Below are positions 28,225-42,527 of a DNA stretch of 64,000 nt, piece by piece. A program made the position numbers and the translations under genes. The notes beneath the pieces are model-generated. The model was not told the DNA's origin, searched no databases, and was given only the letters and a program-made list of their open reading frames with translations. Each line of letters starts with the position of its first letter. The first letter of the stretch is position 1. Origin of the DNA: the human T2T-CHM13v2.0 reference genome, Homo sapiens; NCBI RefSeq assembly GCF_009914755.1, contig NC_060927.1; one strand, given 5' to 3'.

Positions 28225-28655
28225 TTGCTAAACCCATAGCCTAAGACAGATACACAGACTTGACTGTGGGATTGGAAAAGAAAAGTGACTGGTGGGTAAT
28301 TGTCTAGAAAATTTTGGTAAAGTCATGGCTATGTATCCCCATCAACCTATTAGGAGGATTAGAGATATTTAATTAATTCTTAATTTTGGAGGGTTAGAAT
28401 CTTGGAACCGCCTCATCAAATGTCACTCCGTATTGGAGTTAGGGTAGCTGAACCATTGAGCTAAACCAGAGCATATGAAGAAAGAGCAAATGTTTGGAAT
28501 CAGAAGGGTTTTAGGTCAGTGCTCTGACAATAGCTCATTGACCTTGGGAAAAATCACTCTGATCCTCAGTTTTCTCAGCCACACAATGGATATAATAATA
28601 CTTATTGTCTGTTCTTTCTAGGGTTGTTCTGAGGCAGAGATAAGAAAGTGTGTGT

Positions 28656-28846
28656 CCCGGGGCCTGTCGTGGGGTGGGGGTAGGGGAGAGGGAAAACATT
28701 AGGAGATATACCTAATGTAAATAACAAGTTAATGGGTGCAGCATACCAACATGGCACATGTATACATATGTAACAAACCTGCACATTGTGCACATGTACC
28801 CTAGAACTTAAAGTATAATAATAAAAAACAAACAAACAAACAAAAA
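28656..28846 (+). mobile_element. Very short L1PA 3'-end insertion nested in a MIR (~28490-28910)
   Basis: L1 3' UTR G-rich tract through CCTAGAACTTAAAGTATAATAA and an A/(CAAA) tail. Perfect 14-bp TSD AAGAAAGTGTGTGT (28642-28655, 28847-28860). Confidence 0.92.
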
Positions 28847-29547
28847 AAGAAAGTGTGTGTAAAGTCTTTTTGTATACTGTTAAATGTTACATGGATGTTA
28901 ATTGTTGATGATGATGATGATGATATGCCTAATGTGGAGCCTGGTATTTTTCAGGAATTACTAATCCATCTTAATCACTTTCTTCTAGAAATCACAGCAA
29001 ACACCTGAGCAATGTCATTCTATAAACATCCCTGGTTAGGTTTAGGGAGCAAACAGAAATCTAGGGTTCAATTGTTGGAGTCCTCTCTGTGCTATTAGCT
29101 AGCACATTTCTGATAACTCCTCAACCTTCATGACAAGCTGAAATGTACTTTTCAGCTCAGACCCCTGTCATTTTTCTGGCAGAGGCTGAGAGATTTTTAG
29201 CACAGGAAGAAAAGCCTAAGAGTCTTTTCCTTCTTGGCCTTGAAAAGAAAATATAACTGTTTGGCAGAAAAAAAAAACATTCACAGGTCTGACAAAGAAC
29301 TAACATTTATTCTTTTAAAATGTACTTATGAAATAATTCAGATATATAAAACATTTTTAACAATTTATATTGTACACTCACATTTCCACCCACCTTAAGA
29401 AATAAAACACCAACAAAATAAGACTTTTGGTACCCCTCTGAGATTGTATCCCAGATAAGCAGTATCTTGAATTTTGTTGTTTGTCATACAATACATTTCT
29501 CTGTATTTTTGCCATTAACCAACATCAATTCCTTATAAGGGCATATC

Positions 29548-29694
29548 TTTAGCTATGCATGGTGACACGTGCCTGTAGTCCCTGCTACTAGGGAGGCTGA
29601 GGTGGGAGTTCACTTAAGCCCAGGAGTTAGAGGTTACAGTGAGCTATAATCATGCCACTGCACTCCAGCATAGTGAGACCCTGTCTCTATAAAA
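29548..29694 (+). mobile_element. Free Alu monomer (FRAM/FAM/AluJ arm)
   Basis: GCCTGTAGTCCCTGCTACTAGGGAGGCTGAGGTGGGAG...GCCACTGCACTCCAGC...GAGACCCTGTCTCTA. Confidence 0.85.
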
Positions 29695-30109
29695 GGTATT
29701 TTTAAAACAATTTTTAAAAATGAGCAGAATCTTTCCAGATTTATCACAGTTCTATATATCAATATTCCTTCTTCATTTCCTGTTTTAAAGGTTATAGCAT
29801 TTCTTTTTAAAATTGTAAGTTTCTCACTAACATACATGTTTTTGACATCTCAAGAATTGATCTTGGTGAAACATATATATTTTGGTAAAAAATAAAGCAC
29901 CAATGCTCATTATCTTTATACATTGCAGAATGTCTCCCCCGCTCCCCCCTCTTCCTGAACCTCTTCTCCCTTCTTTATTTGCATTGGCATGTGGACTTCT
30001 TGTTCCCACCAAATGAGTCAGTGAGATAGAACGGATGTCAGTGTCTCCTGAAAAAAAAGAAAGATGCCATACTGTCTTGTAGAGTCACAAAAAGCATTAG
30101 TTTGAGCCA

Positions 30110-30280
30110 ACGCTGAAAAAAATTGGGAGAGCTCACATAAAAGTCTGGATTTCTGGCTTCTTTAGAAAAATAGAAAACACTGATAACATACTGCCAACAT
30201 TCCCACATAACAATCATCCACTTGAACCAAGAAGCAGCTGCGTCTTTTAAATGGGGCACTTTCCATTTTATCATGTTCCT
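30110..30280. mobile_element. MER102-like hAT fragment
   Basis: TGGATTTCTGGCTTCTTTAGAAAAATAGAAAACACTGATAACA resembles the recalled MER102 consensus. Confidence 0.45.
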
Positions 30281-31979
30281 ATCACTCCTTTTTTCTCCCT
30301 AAGAACAATGTCATTTGCCATTTATTATCACACTTGGACTGCTGATGTTCCTTATGGTAGAGGAAAAAGTTTTTTCCTTACCCATATCAATTCTCTCAAA
30401 AGTAGGGAAAGAAAAAACAAAAAAATCAATCAAAAGGGCCAAACCCACTCTGAAGCCACCCTTAAACAAACAGATAGTCTAGGAAAAAAGTGTGCTCACT
30501 CCAAAATCACAACTTTAAGAGAAGCTCCCCTGACTTTTTTTTAATCAATTAGATCGCTGCTTCTAAGGCCCTCTTCTATAGGAATTTACTTCAGTTACCT
30601 GCCACCTCGAACCCTCACACCAACTTCCGGTCTCCTCTAGCTTCACATGTAATTTTAACCTAGACTTAAGACAATGAGTGTGGAAAATGAGACAGGAGAA
30701 ATGTAGGAAGAGGATAAATGTTAAAAGACTCTCAACATAAAAGACTCCAAACATTCAAAGACATCCCAGCTTTGAATTTAGGGATGAGGCACAGAAATCA
30801 ACACACAGTGGATAGGATTATTTGAAAACAACTTCACAAAAGGAGATCCACTTTAAATATAATTTAAAAAGGTTGGTGGTAACTTTAAAGTGTTTTTTTT
30901 TCCTAACATCTCATCAAATTTAAGCCAATCTAAAATATGATGATAGAGAATAAACTCTAACCTTGGAAAGTATATTTAGGTTGTAATGACTGAAGCATTT
31001 GGTAGGCCAATAGCAAATATTAAAAATGAAGAGAGGCAAAGTAAAGAAATTGTAAGTATTTAGCTAGCAGCATCCATGGAAAAAAGGCACTGTGTATCTG
31101 ACCCCTAGATAAAACACAGGAATTTCAGCCACTAGCAAGGTGTTCTCTGGACAGAGTAGGTATAAATCATTTGGCTTCTATATAAATTATTCAAGTACCT
31201 TCTTTCTCACTTTAAGCTTAAGAAGAATCTTATAATTATTATTTTGGGAAAAGTATGTCTTAGCTAAGAGACATGAGAACAAGTAATCCTTGATGTATGA
31301 ATAGCTATCTGATTTAAAAGCAACTGGTAACATTGTAGTATTTTCTCCATATTACTCATAACCCTGTTCCATGTACCACTCTTCCCATAGGTGACACCCC
31401 TGCTATTTTTTCTACTACTGCAAGTCACATGAAAAGTGAAGGATAGTGGTAAGAAATAAAATGTTATGCGTGTCTAGAAGTATTAACTCTGGCCATGGGT
31501 GACTACTCCAACAGCAGTCCCCCTCTTCCACCTCTTTTTCCTTAGACCCCTTGGCCACCTCTGTCATGGGAGAGGGAGGGTCAAGGGAAATCTGCTGAAA
31601 CAAGATAAATTCTTGTATCTTTATGTAGAATCCTGAATGTCTTCTCCTATAGAAATACTATTATAAATTGTGGTTAAATTTAGTTTAAATCATACTGAAT
31701 GTACCATACTTAAGCATGTTTTTTGCTAGATCAATCCTTTTGAATTAGCCTAGGACTCCAAAAATGATTGAAAAACATATTCCACAGTCATAAACACATA
31801 TGTACAAGTGAAATTTTGGAAGCAATCTGTTTCTCAGTTTGAGAAATGCCTTTGCTCTCTCATTATTATAAATTATTACCCATTATTAATTTATAATCAT
31901 CCTGGCTTTTTTATCTTAGAATTTAGGGTAGGAAGAATTAGTGCTGAATTAAGATTGAGAGTCCTAAATTGCAATACTG

Positions 31980-32700
31980 AGATTCATTCATTCACTAATA
32001 GCTACCATATATTAGTAGGCACTGTACTAGGTTTTGGGATATAGAATGATTAGAACAGATGCACTCCCTGCTGTCATGAAACCTGCAGTTTATATGAGGG
32101 AAGACAAATACTAAGCAGTTGACCACACCAATAATTAACTATGACTCTGTTGAGTTCTGTAAAGGGACAGTGCTGGGAAAAAAAAAAATTAAGTAAGGGA
32201 ACCTGACCTCTTGTGGGAGTTAGGGAAGACTAAGGAAGGCTATATGGGGCCTGAAAGATGATTAAGATTTAGCCACTTAAACCAGTGGAGAATTAGTATC
32301 CCAGTTAAAGGGGCCAGTATCTGCAAAAAACCCAGGGTGAGAAGAAGTTTGGGGCATTGGAAGAAATAAAAGGAGGTAGTGTGTCTAGAACATATTAGCA
32401 TGAGCAAAGGCTGGACTAGCAGGTAAGGGCCAAATAAAGCAGGATGCTTTAGGTCATGTTACAGATTTTAGACTTCACTCTAGTATCAATAAGAAGCCAC
32501 TGTAGTATTTCATTTATTATGATTATAATTATGATTTTAGAGACAGCATCTTGCTATGCTGCACAGGCTGCACTTGAACTCTTGAGCTCAAGTGATCCTC
32601 CTGCCTCAGGCTCCCTAAGAGCTAAGATCACAGGTGTGCACCACTGCACTTGGCTCTGGAGTATTTTAATCAGAATGATGTGATTAGATTAAGGTTTAGA
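31980..32700 (-). mobile_element. L2 fragment containing an antisense FLAM-type Alu monomer (~32535-32655)
   Basis: ATTCATTCATTCAC...TAGGCACTGTACTAGG L2 end. TTAGAGACAGCATCTTGCTATGCTGCACAGGCTG...CTCAAGTGATCCTCCTGCCTCAG monomer. Confidence 0.7.
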
Positions 32701-33890
32701 TCCAGTCTGTAGTCTCTAATGACCCCACATAGATGTAGTTATACCCTCAAATTAGCCTGTAGCAAACAGCTGCCTCAGTCCACTATACTGCAATCAGCAG
32801 CATTCTATATAATGCATTTCTAAGTTCCTTCTTGAAGTAATTCCTCAAAGCATAGGATCATTTTTTCCCACATTGCCTCCAAGAAAAATTAACTAACTCT
32901 TCGGTCTATGGAATAAACAGTTACTGTTTTCTTTATTTCATCTTTACTCTTTTAAAATCTAAATAATTTATTACTTTTTCTACTAGCTTCTAAGCTCCTG
33001 TTCAGAAGTTTGACAGGAATTCAGAATCTAGTTCAACTCTTAGGCCACTAGGAATTCATTTAGGGAATTGAAGTGGCAATTTATTAGCAAACTGGCATGG
33101 AAGCCCATTTTCTTATCTTTGTACTGTATTTGTTTCTGCATTTGGGCCATTCTGAAAGTGGCAGTTATTCATGGCCTGAGAGTAAATGCAGTGTTCAGAT
33201 TGCTAAATTTTGTGCTCATGAGAGATTGTACTGGAAGAATTTTATTATAAAATGCTCTATATTATAAGCACATCCAGTGACTCTTTGGCATCAATCTCCT
33301 TTTAAAAAAATTAAATAATCAAAAGTAACTAAATATAATTTAAACCTACCCCCAGACTCGTGCTATTGTTTTTTTCTTGCATATGCAGAGCTCTCTGATT
33401 ATCCAGAGAGCTCAGCCTGCAGAAGCAGTGTGTGTGGGGGCGGGGTGGACAGAACAAGATTTTGGCCCTCCATTGCAAACTGTTGCCTTTTCAAATGATG
33501 CACACATGCTTGGTCCATCTGTCATCAAGGACTCTGCAGAGTAGTCAGTAAAACTTTCTATTCCATGTTTGAAACTGCATTGCCAAATATTAGTAACTCA
33601 TTTTATTTATAACCGATTCTCCAAAGTAGGAAAAACAGGTGGTACTCGTGAAGAACTCAATAGTAGCCAAATTTCAAAGGTCAGATGCTGCAAGTGTGGA
33701 ATAAGAGGAAGCATTCTGTGTTCATACTCTTACTGTAAAAATGTTTGCCTATGGCTCCTTTCCCCAACTATAATAGTAGTGCTTAATGCTGCCCAGGACC
33801 TCCTTCTAGAGCCTTGCCCCGAAACCCCAGCCAAATCACTATTCTCCAGGAAGTTCCCCAGGCTGCAGACTTGTAAAAATACCCTCATGG

Positions 33891-36433
33891 GAACTCCTTC
33901 CTAACTCATTTTATGAGGCCAGCATCATCCTGATACGAAAACCTGGCAGAGATACAATAAAAAAACTTCAGGACAATATCCCTGATAAGCATCGATGCAA
34001 AAATCCTCAATAAAATACTGGAAAACCGAATCCAGCAGCACATCAAAAAGCTTATCCATCGTGATCAAGTCAGCTTCATCCCTGGGATGCAAGGCTGGTT
34101 CAACATACACAAATCAATAAACATAATTTGTAACATAAACAGAGCTAAAGACAAAAACCACATGATTATTTCAATAGATGCAGAAAAGGCCTTTGATAAA
34201 ATTCAACATCTCTTCACATTAAAAATTCTCAATATGCTAGGTACTGATGGAACATAACTCAAAATAATAAGGGCCATTTATGACAAACCCACAGACAATA
34301 TTATACTGAATGGGCAAAAGCTGAAAGCATCCCCTGTGAAAAGCAGCACAAGACAAGGATGCCCTCTCTCACCACTCCTATTCAACATAGTATTGGGAGT
34401 TCTGGCAAGGGCAGTCAGGCAAGAGAAAGAAATAAAGCGTATTCGAATAGGAAGAGAGGAAGTCAAACTGTCTCTGTTTGCAGATGACATGATCGTATAT
34501 CTAGAAAACCCCATGTGTTAGCCCAAAAGCTGCTTAAGCAATAAGCAACTTCAGCAAAGTCTCAGGATACGAAATTAATGTGCAAAAATCACAAGCTTTC
34601 CTACACACCAAGAACAGACAAGCAGAGAGCTCAATCATGAATCAACTATCATTCACAATTGCTACAAAGAAAATAAAATACCTAGGAATATAGCTAATCA
34701 AGGAAGTGAAGGACCTTTTCAAGGAGAACTACAAATCACTGCTCAAGGAAAGAGAAGACACAAACAAATGGAAAAACATTCCATGCTCATGGATAGGAAG
34801 AATCAATATTGTGAAAATGGCCATATTGCCCAAAGTAATTTATAGATTCAATGCTATTTCCATTAAAATACCATTGATATTCTTCACAGAATTAGAAAAA
34901 AACTATTTTAAAATTCACATGAAGCCAAAAAAGAGCCTGTATAGCCATGACGATCCTAAGCAAAAAGAACAAAGCTGGAGGCATCACATTACCCAACTTC
35001 AAACTGTACTACAAGGCTACAGTAACCAAAACAACATGGTACTGCTATAAAAACAGACACATAGACAATGGAACAGAATAGAGAACTCAGAAATAAGACT
35101 GCACATCTACAACATTCTGAACTTCAACAAACCTGACAAAAACAAGCAATGGGGATAGGATTCCCTATTTAATAAATGGTGCTGGGAGAACTGGCTAACC
35201 ATATGCAAAAAACCTGAAAGTGGACCCCTTCCTTACACCTTATACAACAATTACCTCAAGATGGATTAAAGACTTAAATGTAAAACCCCAAAGTATAAAA
35301 ACTCCAGAAGAAAATCTAGGCAATACCACTCAGGACATAGGTATGGGGAAATGTTTCATGATGAAAATGTCAAAAGCAATTGCAACAAAAGCAAAAATTG
35401 ACAAATGGGATCTAATTGAAACTAAAGAGCTTCTGCACACCATAAGAAATTATTTTATCAGAATGAACAGACAACCTACAGAATAGGAGAAAATTTTTGC
35501 AATCTATCCATCTGACAAAGGTCTAATATCCAGAATCTACAAGGAATTAAAAAACAATTACAAGATGAAAACCAAAGAACCCCATTAAAAAGTGGGCAAA
35601 GGACATGAACAGACACTTCTCAAAAGAAGACATACATGTGGCCAACATATGAAAAAAAGCTCAACATCACTATCATTAGAGAAACGCAAATCAAAACCAC
35701 AGTGAGATACCATCTCATGCCAGTCAGAATGGTGATTATTAAAAAGTCAAGAAACAACAGATACTGGCGAGGCTGTGGAGAAATAGGAATGCTTTTATAC
35801 TGTTGGTTGGAATGTAAATTAGTTCAACAATTGTGGAAGACTGTGTGTGGTGATTCTTCAAAGACCTAGAACCAGAAATACCATTTGACCCAACAGTTAC
35901 ATTACTGGGTATATACCCAAAGGAGTATAAATCATTCTATTTTAAAGATACATGCACACATATGTTCATTGCAGCACTATTCGCCATAGCAAAGACATGG
36001 AATCAACCCAAATTCCCATCAATTATAGACTGGGTAAAGAAAATATGGTTCATATACACCACAGAATACTATGCAGCCATAAAAAGGAATGAGATCATGT
36101 CCTTTGCAGGGACATGGATGGAGCTGGAAGCCATTATCCTCTGTTACTGCAAACTAATGCAGTAACAGAAAACCAAACTCTGCATGTTCTCGCTTATAAG
36201 CGGGAGCTGAACAATGAGAACACATGGACACAGGGAGGGGAAGAATACACACTGGGGTCTGCTGCTGGGGGAAGCAGGGGGAGGGAAAGCATCAGGAAAA
36301 AGAGCTAATGTATGCTGGGCTTAATACCTAGGGATGGGTTGATAGGTGCAGCAAACCACCATGGTATATGTTTACCTATGCAACAAACCTGCATATCCTG
36401 CACAAGTATTCCAGAACTTAAAATAAAGTAGTA
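33891..36433 (+). mobile_element. 5'-truncated older L1PA (approx. L1PA11-16), decayed ORF2 RT to C-terminus plus 3' UTR
   Basis: ORF fragments [29 protein letters not shown] and [12 protein letters not shown]. 3' UTR GCTGGGCTTAATACCTAGG. TSD AAAAATACCCTCATGG (33875-33890) / AAAAATGCCCTCATGG (36434-36449). Confidence 0.93.
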
Positions 36434-37269
36434 AAAAATGCCCTCATGGTCCTTCATTTCCTTCCCATGTGGTTTTGTGCTGATAAATTATGGCCATCTA
36501 ATCTCACAAATTCATCCATGAATTGTTTTAGTGATGATTGTTGGTGTTAAACCCCTCCTGGAGATGACTACAGAAAACAATGGTTATAACGTCAAAAGAT
36601 TTTAGCTACATGGCATGTCAATACGCAAGACAATATTGTGGGGAGGAAGGATCTTTCACTTATTAGTCTCTTATACTGTGATCATGAGAACATCAACAAA
36701 TTTCTGAGGAATTAAGAATAGAATAAATACTGGGAGATAGCTTAATAAAGTTCAGATTTTCAAAAGGGAAAGAAGGATGCATTTTGGCTGTCTAGTATCC
36801 TTCTTTTTTTTTTTTTTTGTAACACTGTTTTTTTTCTCTTTGGAAATTACCTCTTTCCCCATTGGAGTGGCATATTACAATGCCTTGATGTCTTCTAGCC
36901 AGGGGATGGGCTTGTGACTAAATATAGCCAATCAATTCGCACACCTTGAATGACTATTAAAATGACTGAATTTTTGTGGACTTTATTTACCCTGATAGGG
37001 CATTTTAAACAGGCCATCCATTTATTGTTGCTATTGAGACACCCAGAACTACCTTGGGTTCTTGGTCTTTCTGAAACTGGTTATTTAATCTTCTCTTTTT
37101 AGTTCTTCCAATGAATTCTTTTTTATTGCTAAGTTAGCTAGAGTTCATTTCTGTTGTTTGCAAACAACAGAAAAGAACACTAATTCCACAAATATTCATT
37201 CTAAACTGGTAAATGTGATATTTATCCTATAAGTTTCTAGAGAGATTATCTACCAAATCTAATTCTTCT

Positions 37270-37611
37270 ACCATTGATGTGGTGGGACTCCTATTCCTAG
37301 TCCCTTTTGAAGTGAAGTATGCTCATGTGATTTTCTTTGGCCAATGAAAGGTGATTTGGAGTGATATGTAGCATTTCTAGGTGAAAACTTTGAAAACCAG
37401 TGTGCAGTTTGCCACTGTTCTGGCGATCAGGGAAGTTTGTGTCAAAATGAAATCTCTATTAGCATGGGTATCTGAGGGACTATGATGAAAAGAGCTTCTC
37501 TGCTGCCCTACATTAGGCTTGTAGTATAAGGTAGTTATGAACTTTTGCCATGTTAAACTATTGAGATTTGGCCGGGTTGATAGCTTGGGGAGCTGTTATT
37601 CTGACTAATAT
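37270..37611 (+). mobile_element. MLT1J-like LTR
   Basis: TTCCTAGTCCCTTTTGAAGTGAAGTATGCTCATGTGA...TTTGGCCAATGAAA...CTGACTAATA. Confidence 0.6.
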
Positions 37612-37680
37612 AAGAGCGACTTTAAAGGATGCAGAAAAAAGGGGAGTTATTTCTGGTTCCTAGCTAGCATGGAGTCCTCA

Positions 37681-38169
<489 letters not shown>

Positions 38170-39049
38170 TTATTTTTATTTTAATGATAGCTAAATATAA
38201 ATAAAACTGTAAAGCAAGATCATCAAATATGAATGCTAAAAAAGCTACACAACTAGTATTATTAAAATTCATCCCGTGAATTAAAATAAAATTGCTGTTT
38301 AGTAATGTGAACATGGTATTGACTTCCATAGGTTTAGTCTTCCAATTCTATCACATGCCGTGTGATGATTCAGGTCACCCACGTTTTTTCTTTATTTGAA
38401 ACACTGCAAAATCATCATTTATAGAGGACACAGTGATGTCATTTAGCCTGCTTTTGGTGTGCATGCATCATTTCAGTATTAAGGCATCCTTTTTTTCTTA
38501 ATTAAAAACAATTAAAGTAGTACTTTTTGGTACCAAGGATAAATGCAGACCCAGGAACAAAAGTAGTGTGCCAATCCTCAGTTATAAAAGGGTCATTCAA
38601 ATTATATTGAATACATTTGTATTAACTTAAAAATGATTCTTATTAAAATGAAATGATAACATTAGCATAATTCTCATAAGGGACTTGAGAATCTGAGAAT
38701 ATGTGGATTACCAAAGCTGCATGAAATAGTCTGAAAGACATTGTGCTTGTTGTGAAATATCAATATTTCAGCAAGACATGACATCTCTCACAACACTGGA
38801 CATCCTCATGGACAAGATAATAATTATTGAACCATAGCAATAATTCATGGAATGTTTATTAATGGGTCAGTATCAATCCAGAGATAGGTTTCTAGTGGCA
38901 TACCTCAGAGCCCTATCCCAAACTTGTTTTATTTTGTAACTTAACTGAAGTCACAAATAAAAGTGTAGAATGTGTTAAACAAACATATTAATGACAAGCT
39001 GGAGATGAAACAAATATGGTACATGAAGAAGAAATACACAAAACAACCT

Positions 39050-40159
39050 CTACCCCATCTCCTTTCCAAGATTTGATTCCTATGTCATCAGATGTCTATT
39101 CCACCCATGAGCCCTCCCTTTTGTAGTGATGTACTGACCCCAAGAAGATCACTCCTCCTCATTTCTGTCTCTTTCTCCAATAATACAGCTGTCTTTATTT
39201 TTGGTAATTTCTTCATACAGATGGATAATCCTTCCAATTGCCTGACTTTTTGGTTTCTTTATCTCCTTCCTTTCTTCCAATGTCCTTGTCTTCCACCTTC
39301 CTTCAGCCACTCTACAGGTCGTATCTTAAATTTTGTGATTGTGAATAACTGAAATCTCTGCATAATCTCAATTTCAAGTTTTCTATTCTGACTTCCACCT
39401 CCTCTAACCTTTTTAGTTCATTTCTTTCAGTACCTGAATTCCAGCAATCCTTTGAACCCACCAAGACCATAAAGTATTCTACTATCTAATCACTCATGTC
39501 TTTTGTCCCTTTGTTATTCAGTTTGAATTCTATGATCTATCAGTATACTAACTCCTGTACTTATACCCTTACCTTCTTTCCACTCGCCACTATCTCACTA
39601 TATTGCTTTCACTCATCTTCAATCAAGACTAAATCCAATTTTATGCCATTGCCTATCTGTACTTGTTCAGTCAACATGACTAGAGAAAAACACAGAACAA
39701 TGTTGACTTGTTTCATTTTGTATTCATGATCATTAACCTTAAGTGGACTCTTAATGCTGCCCACCAATTACACATAGGCCTACTCTGTTAGATTCAGATA
39801 ATTATTTCATTCTTCTCCTTTCTTTTTAAATTTTCAACATTTCTTCCCTCATAAGCTTCACTTTTAGCTTATGACCTTGCTTCCACTTTGCCTGATAAAA
39901 TAGAAGCAATATTTAAGAACTTGCAAAAGTGATACCACCTTTTCTACCTTTCTTAACATACTTGTGACCATATACTTTGCTTTCTCCTCTGTTATTATGG
40001 ATAAGTTCTATGTACTTGTAAATAAGTCCAGGCCTTCAACTTTTCTAGATCTTTTCCCTTCTCTCCCACTCAGGGATGTCCTCCAACTATTCTTCCTACT
40101 TTCATGCATCATTGATTTCCCAATAGTAAACATTCTGTTTTTATTATCTTATCATAAAA

Positions 40160-40202
<43 letters not shown>

Positions 40203-41215
40203 ATTACCCTTCTCTTGAACTCACTTCCTTGCCAGCTCACATGCCATTTCCCTTTACAACAAAACCCTAAGAAAAAGGTATTTATACGCTTCATCTCCAA
40301 TTTCTCTCTTCCCCTTCTTCCTGGAATGCATTCTAAATAAGCTTTTACCCTTGCCACTCCACCACAACCACTCCTGTCAATATCATCCATGACCTCATGT
40401 CCTCATCTTATTAGACTTTCAGCAGCATTTGACAGACTTGAGCACTCCCTCCTTTTCACTTGGCATGGACAACACACTCTATTCGTTTTTCAACTACCTC
40501 ATTTACTGTTCCTTTTTATTCTCTCTTCTTGGTTATTACTCAGTTCTTTACATTGGAATACCTTAGGTTTTAGTGATTACATCTCTACTCTTTTCTATCC
40601 ATACTCATTCCCTTGGTGGTCTGATTCAGTAGCATGATTTTTGTTTGTTTGTTTGTTTGTTTGTTTAGAGATGGGGTCTCACTCTGTTGCCCAGAGCTGG
40701 AATGCAGGACTACAGGTGTGTGAGCCACTGTGTCTGGCTCTTTAAATGCAATCTAAACACTGGTGGTTCATGGCTATAAATTTATAAAGACATTTTATGG
40801 CTCAGGTCTCTCCCCTGAATGCCTGACTTAAATATCCAACTGCCAATGAACAGGGCCAAAATATTAACAGGTCTAAAACTAAGTCCTGATCTGCCCTTAA
40901 AAACTTTCTCCCCCAAGTTGAACAATGGGAACACATGGACACAGGGAGGGGAACATCACACACCGGGGCCTGTCGGGGTGTGGGGGGCTAGGGGAGGGAT
41001 AGCATTAGGACAAATACATAATGTAGATGACAGGTTGATGAGTGTAGTAAACTACCATGGCATGTGTATAACCTATGTAACAAACCTGCACATTCTGCAC
41101 ATATCCCAGAACTTAAAGTATAAAAAACAAAACAAAACAAAAAAAACTTTCTCCCTTTGAATTCTTCCCTGACCAGTTAATGGCAACTTCATTTTTTAAA
41201 TTGTTCAGGCCTGAT
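39050..41215 (+). mobile_element. Long L2 segment with nested (TAAA)n (~40155-40203), Alu monomer remnant (~40640-40737) and L1PA 3' end
   Basis: L2 motifs TCAGCAGCATTTGACAGAC, ACTCATTCCCTTGGTG, TCTCTCCCCTGAA...ATATCCAACTGCC and CAGTTAATGGCAACTTCA. Confidence 0.7.
40913..41141 (+). mobile_element. Short L1PA (7/8-like) 3'-end insertion
   Basis: GTTGAACAATGGGAACACATGGACACAGGGAGGGG...CCAGAACTTAAAGTATAAAAAA. 14-bp TSD AAAAACTTTCTCCC (40899-40912, 41142-41155). Confidence 0.9.
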
Positions 41216-41748
41216 ACTATAAACTTCCAGCAGTTGTGTAACAGTTTGCACCAACTGATTATTACTTATTTAACAGTTCTTCATATCAGTACTTTTTTTC
41301 TGGTTATTGATCAATTACCTATCCCATTCTTTCAAGTAAGAGACTTTCTATTTTATGGTATCTAAGACTAAGAAGATAATCTCTACATTTCTGGGAACTA
41401 TAATTTAAGAGGGTTACAGGCATCTGGAGGGTGTTAAGAGGAAAAATCACCAAGATATTGAGAGAAAGTAAAGCCAAGTTTATGAGGAATAGTTGAAGAA
41501 ATTGAGGATAGAGAAGAAAAAAATCAAAGGAGAAGTTACATCTGTTGTCAAATATTTCTACAGTCCTTCATGTGGAGGGATGATGACCACAATTTGAACT
41601 ATCTATCCTAGTACAGTTAAGCCATTAGGAATATGACAATGCTTTCTTCTGGGAATGGATAGACTTGATAATCAGCCACTAAAAGAACATAATACTGCAA
41701 GGCTTAAGCCATTTAGTTCCAAAGACTATATATGTATATCTATGACCA

Positions 41749-41783
41749 TCTCTCTCTCTCTCTCTCTTTCTGTGTGTGTGTGT
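41749..41783. repeat. (CT)n(GT)n microsatellite
   Basis: Read directly. Confidence 0.9.
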
Positions 41784-42353
41784 AATAAAAAACGAAAGGA
41801 ATAATATCTTGAGATGTTTCACAGTCTTAATAAATTGCTATATGTCCATGATTGTTACTTTGCAATATCTTTACTAGCGTATAAAGGAAACCCTTTATTC
41901 AGTGTCCCAAAACAAAAAGTTTAGTTGGATGTTATCATACCTCATCTGAGAAAGAGATGATCAACAGTCTCATAGGTAGAGAAGTAGTGATTGGATCACG
42001 TCCAAAGAACGAGACTCTAGCGAAAATGTTTCTGTCCAATCCTTTTAAGAGACAGGCTTCTTTTCTGCTCAGATATGTACAAGTTTAAGGAAAGAGATCT
42101 GTCTCCCAAGGGCTGAAAAACAAATTGGAATTATATGTGATGTCTGTCATATATAGTTCTGAGTCTTTCACCTATGCTTTATAAACAATAATCTATTATT
42201 TAATTTTTGACTTGGCAAGGAGAAGAGGTTATTTCCCTGAGTTTCAGCTACAAATTCCCAAAAAAACTTCTTTTAAGACGAATATTGCAGAGTAACAAAT
42301 TTTGACTTTCTATGAAAACGACTTATCATTTCCAGGATGTGTTGCCTCTAGAG

Positions 42354-42527
42354 CAGTGGCTCTCAATCTTGGCTGCAGTTGAAGTCACTTGAGAGAGTTA
42401 AAAAATTCTGATTTTTGGGTCCCACCCTCAGATTCTAATTTGGTTGATCTGGGCTGTACCTTCAGCATGGTGATTTTAAAACGCTCCCACAGGTGTCCCA
42501 TTGTGCAGCCAAGGTCGAAAACCTCTT
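42354..42527. mobile_element. MER5-family hAT MITE with intact 8-bp TSD
   Basis: CAGTGGCTCTCAATCTTGGCTGCA...GCAGCCAAGGTCGAAAACCTCTT, flanked by CTCTAGAG at 42346-42353 and 42528-42535. Confidence 0.88.
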
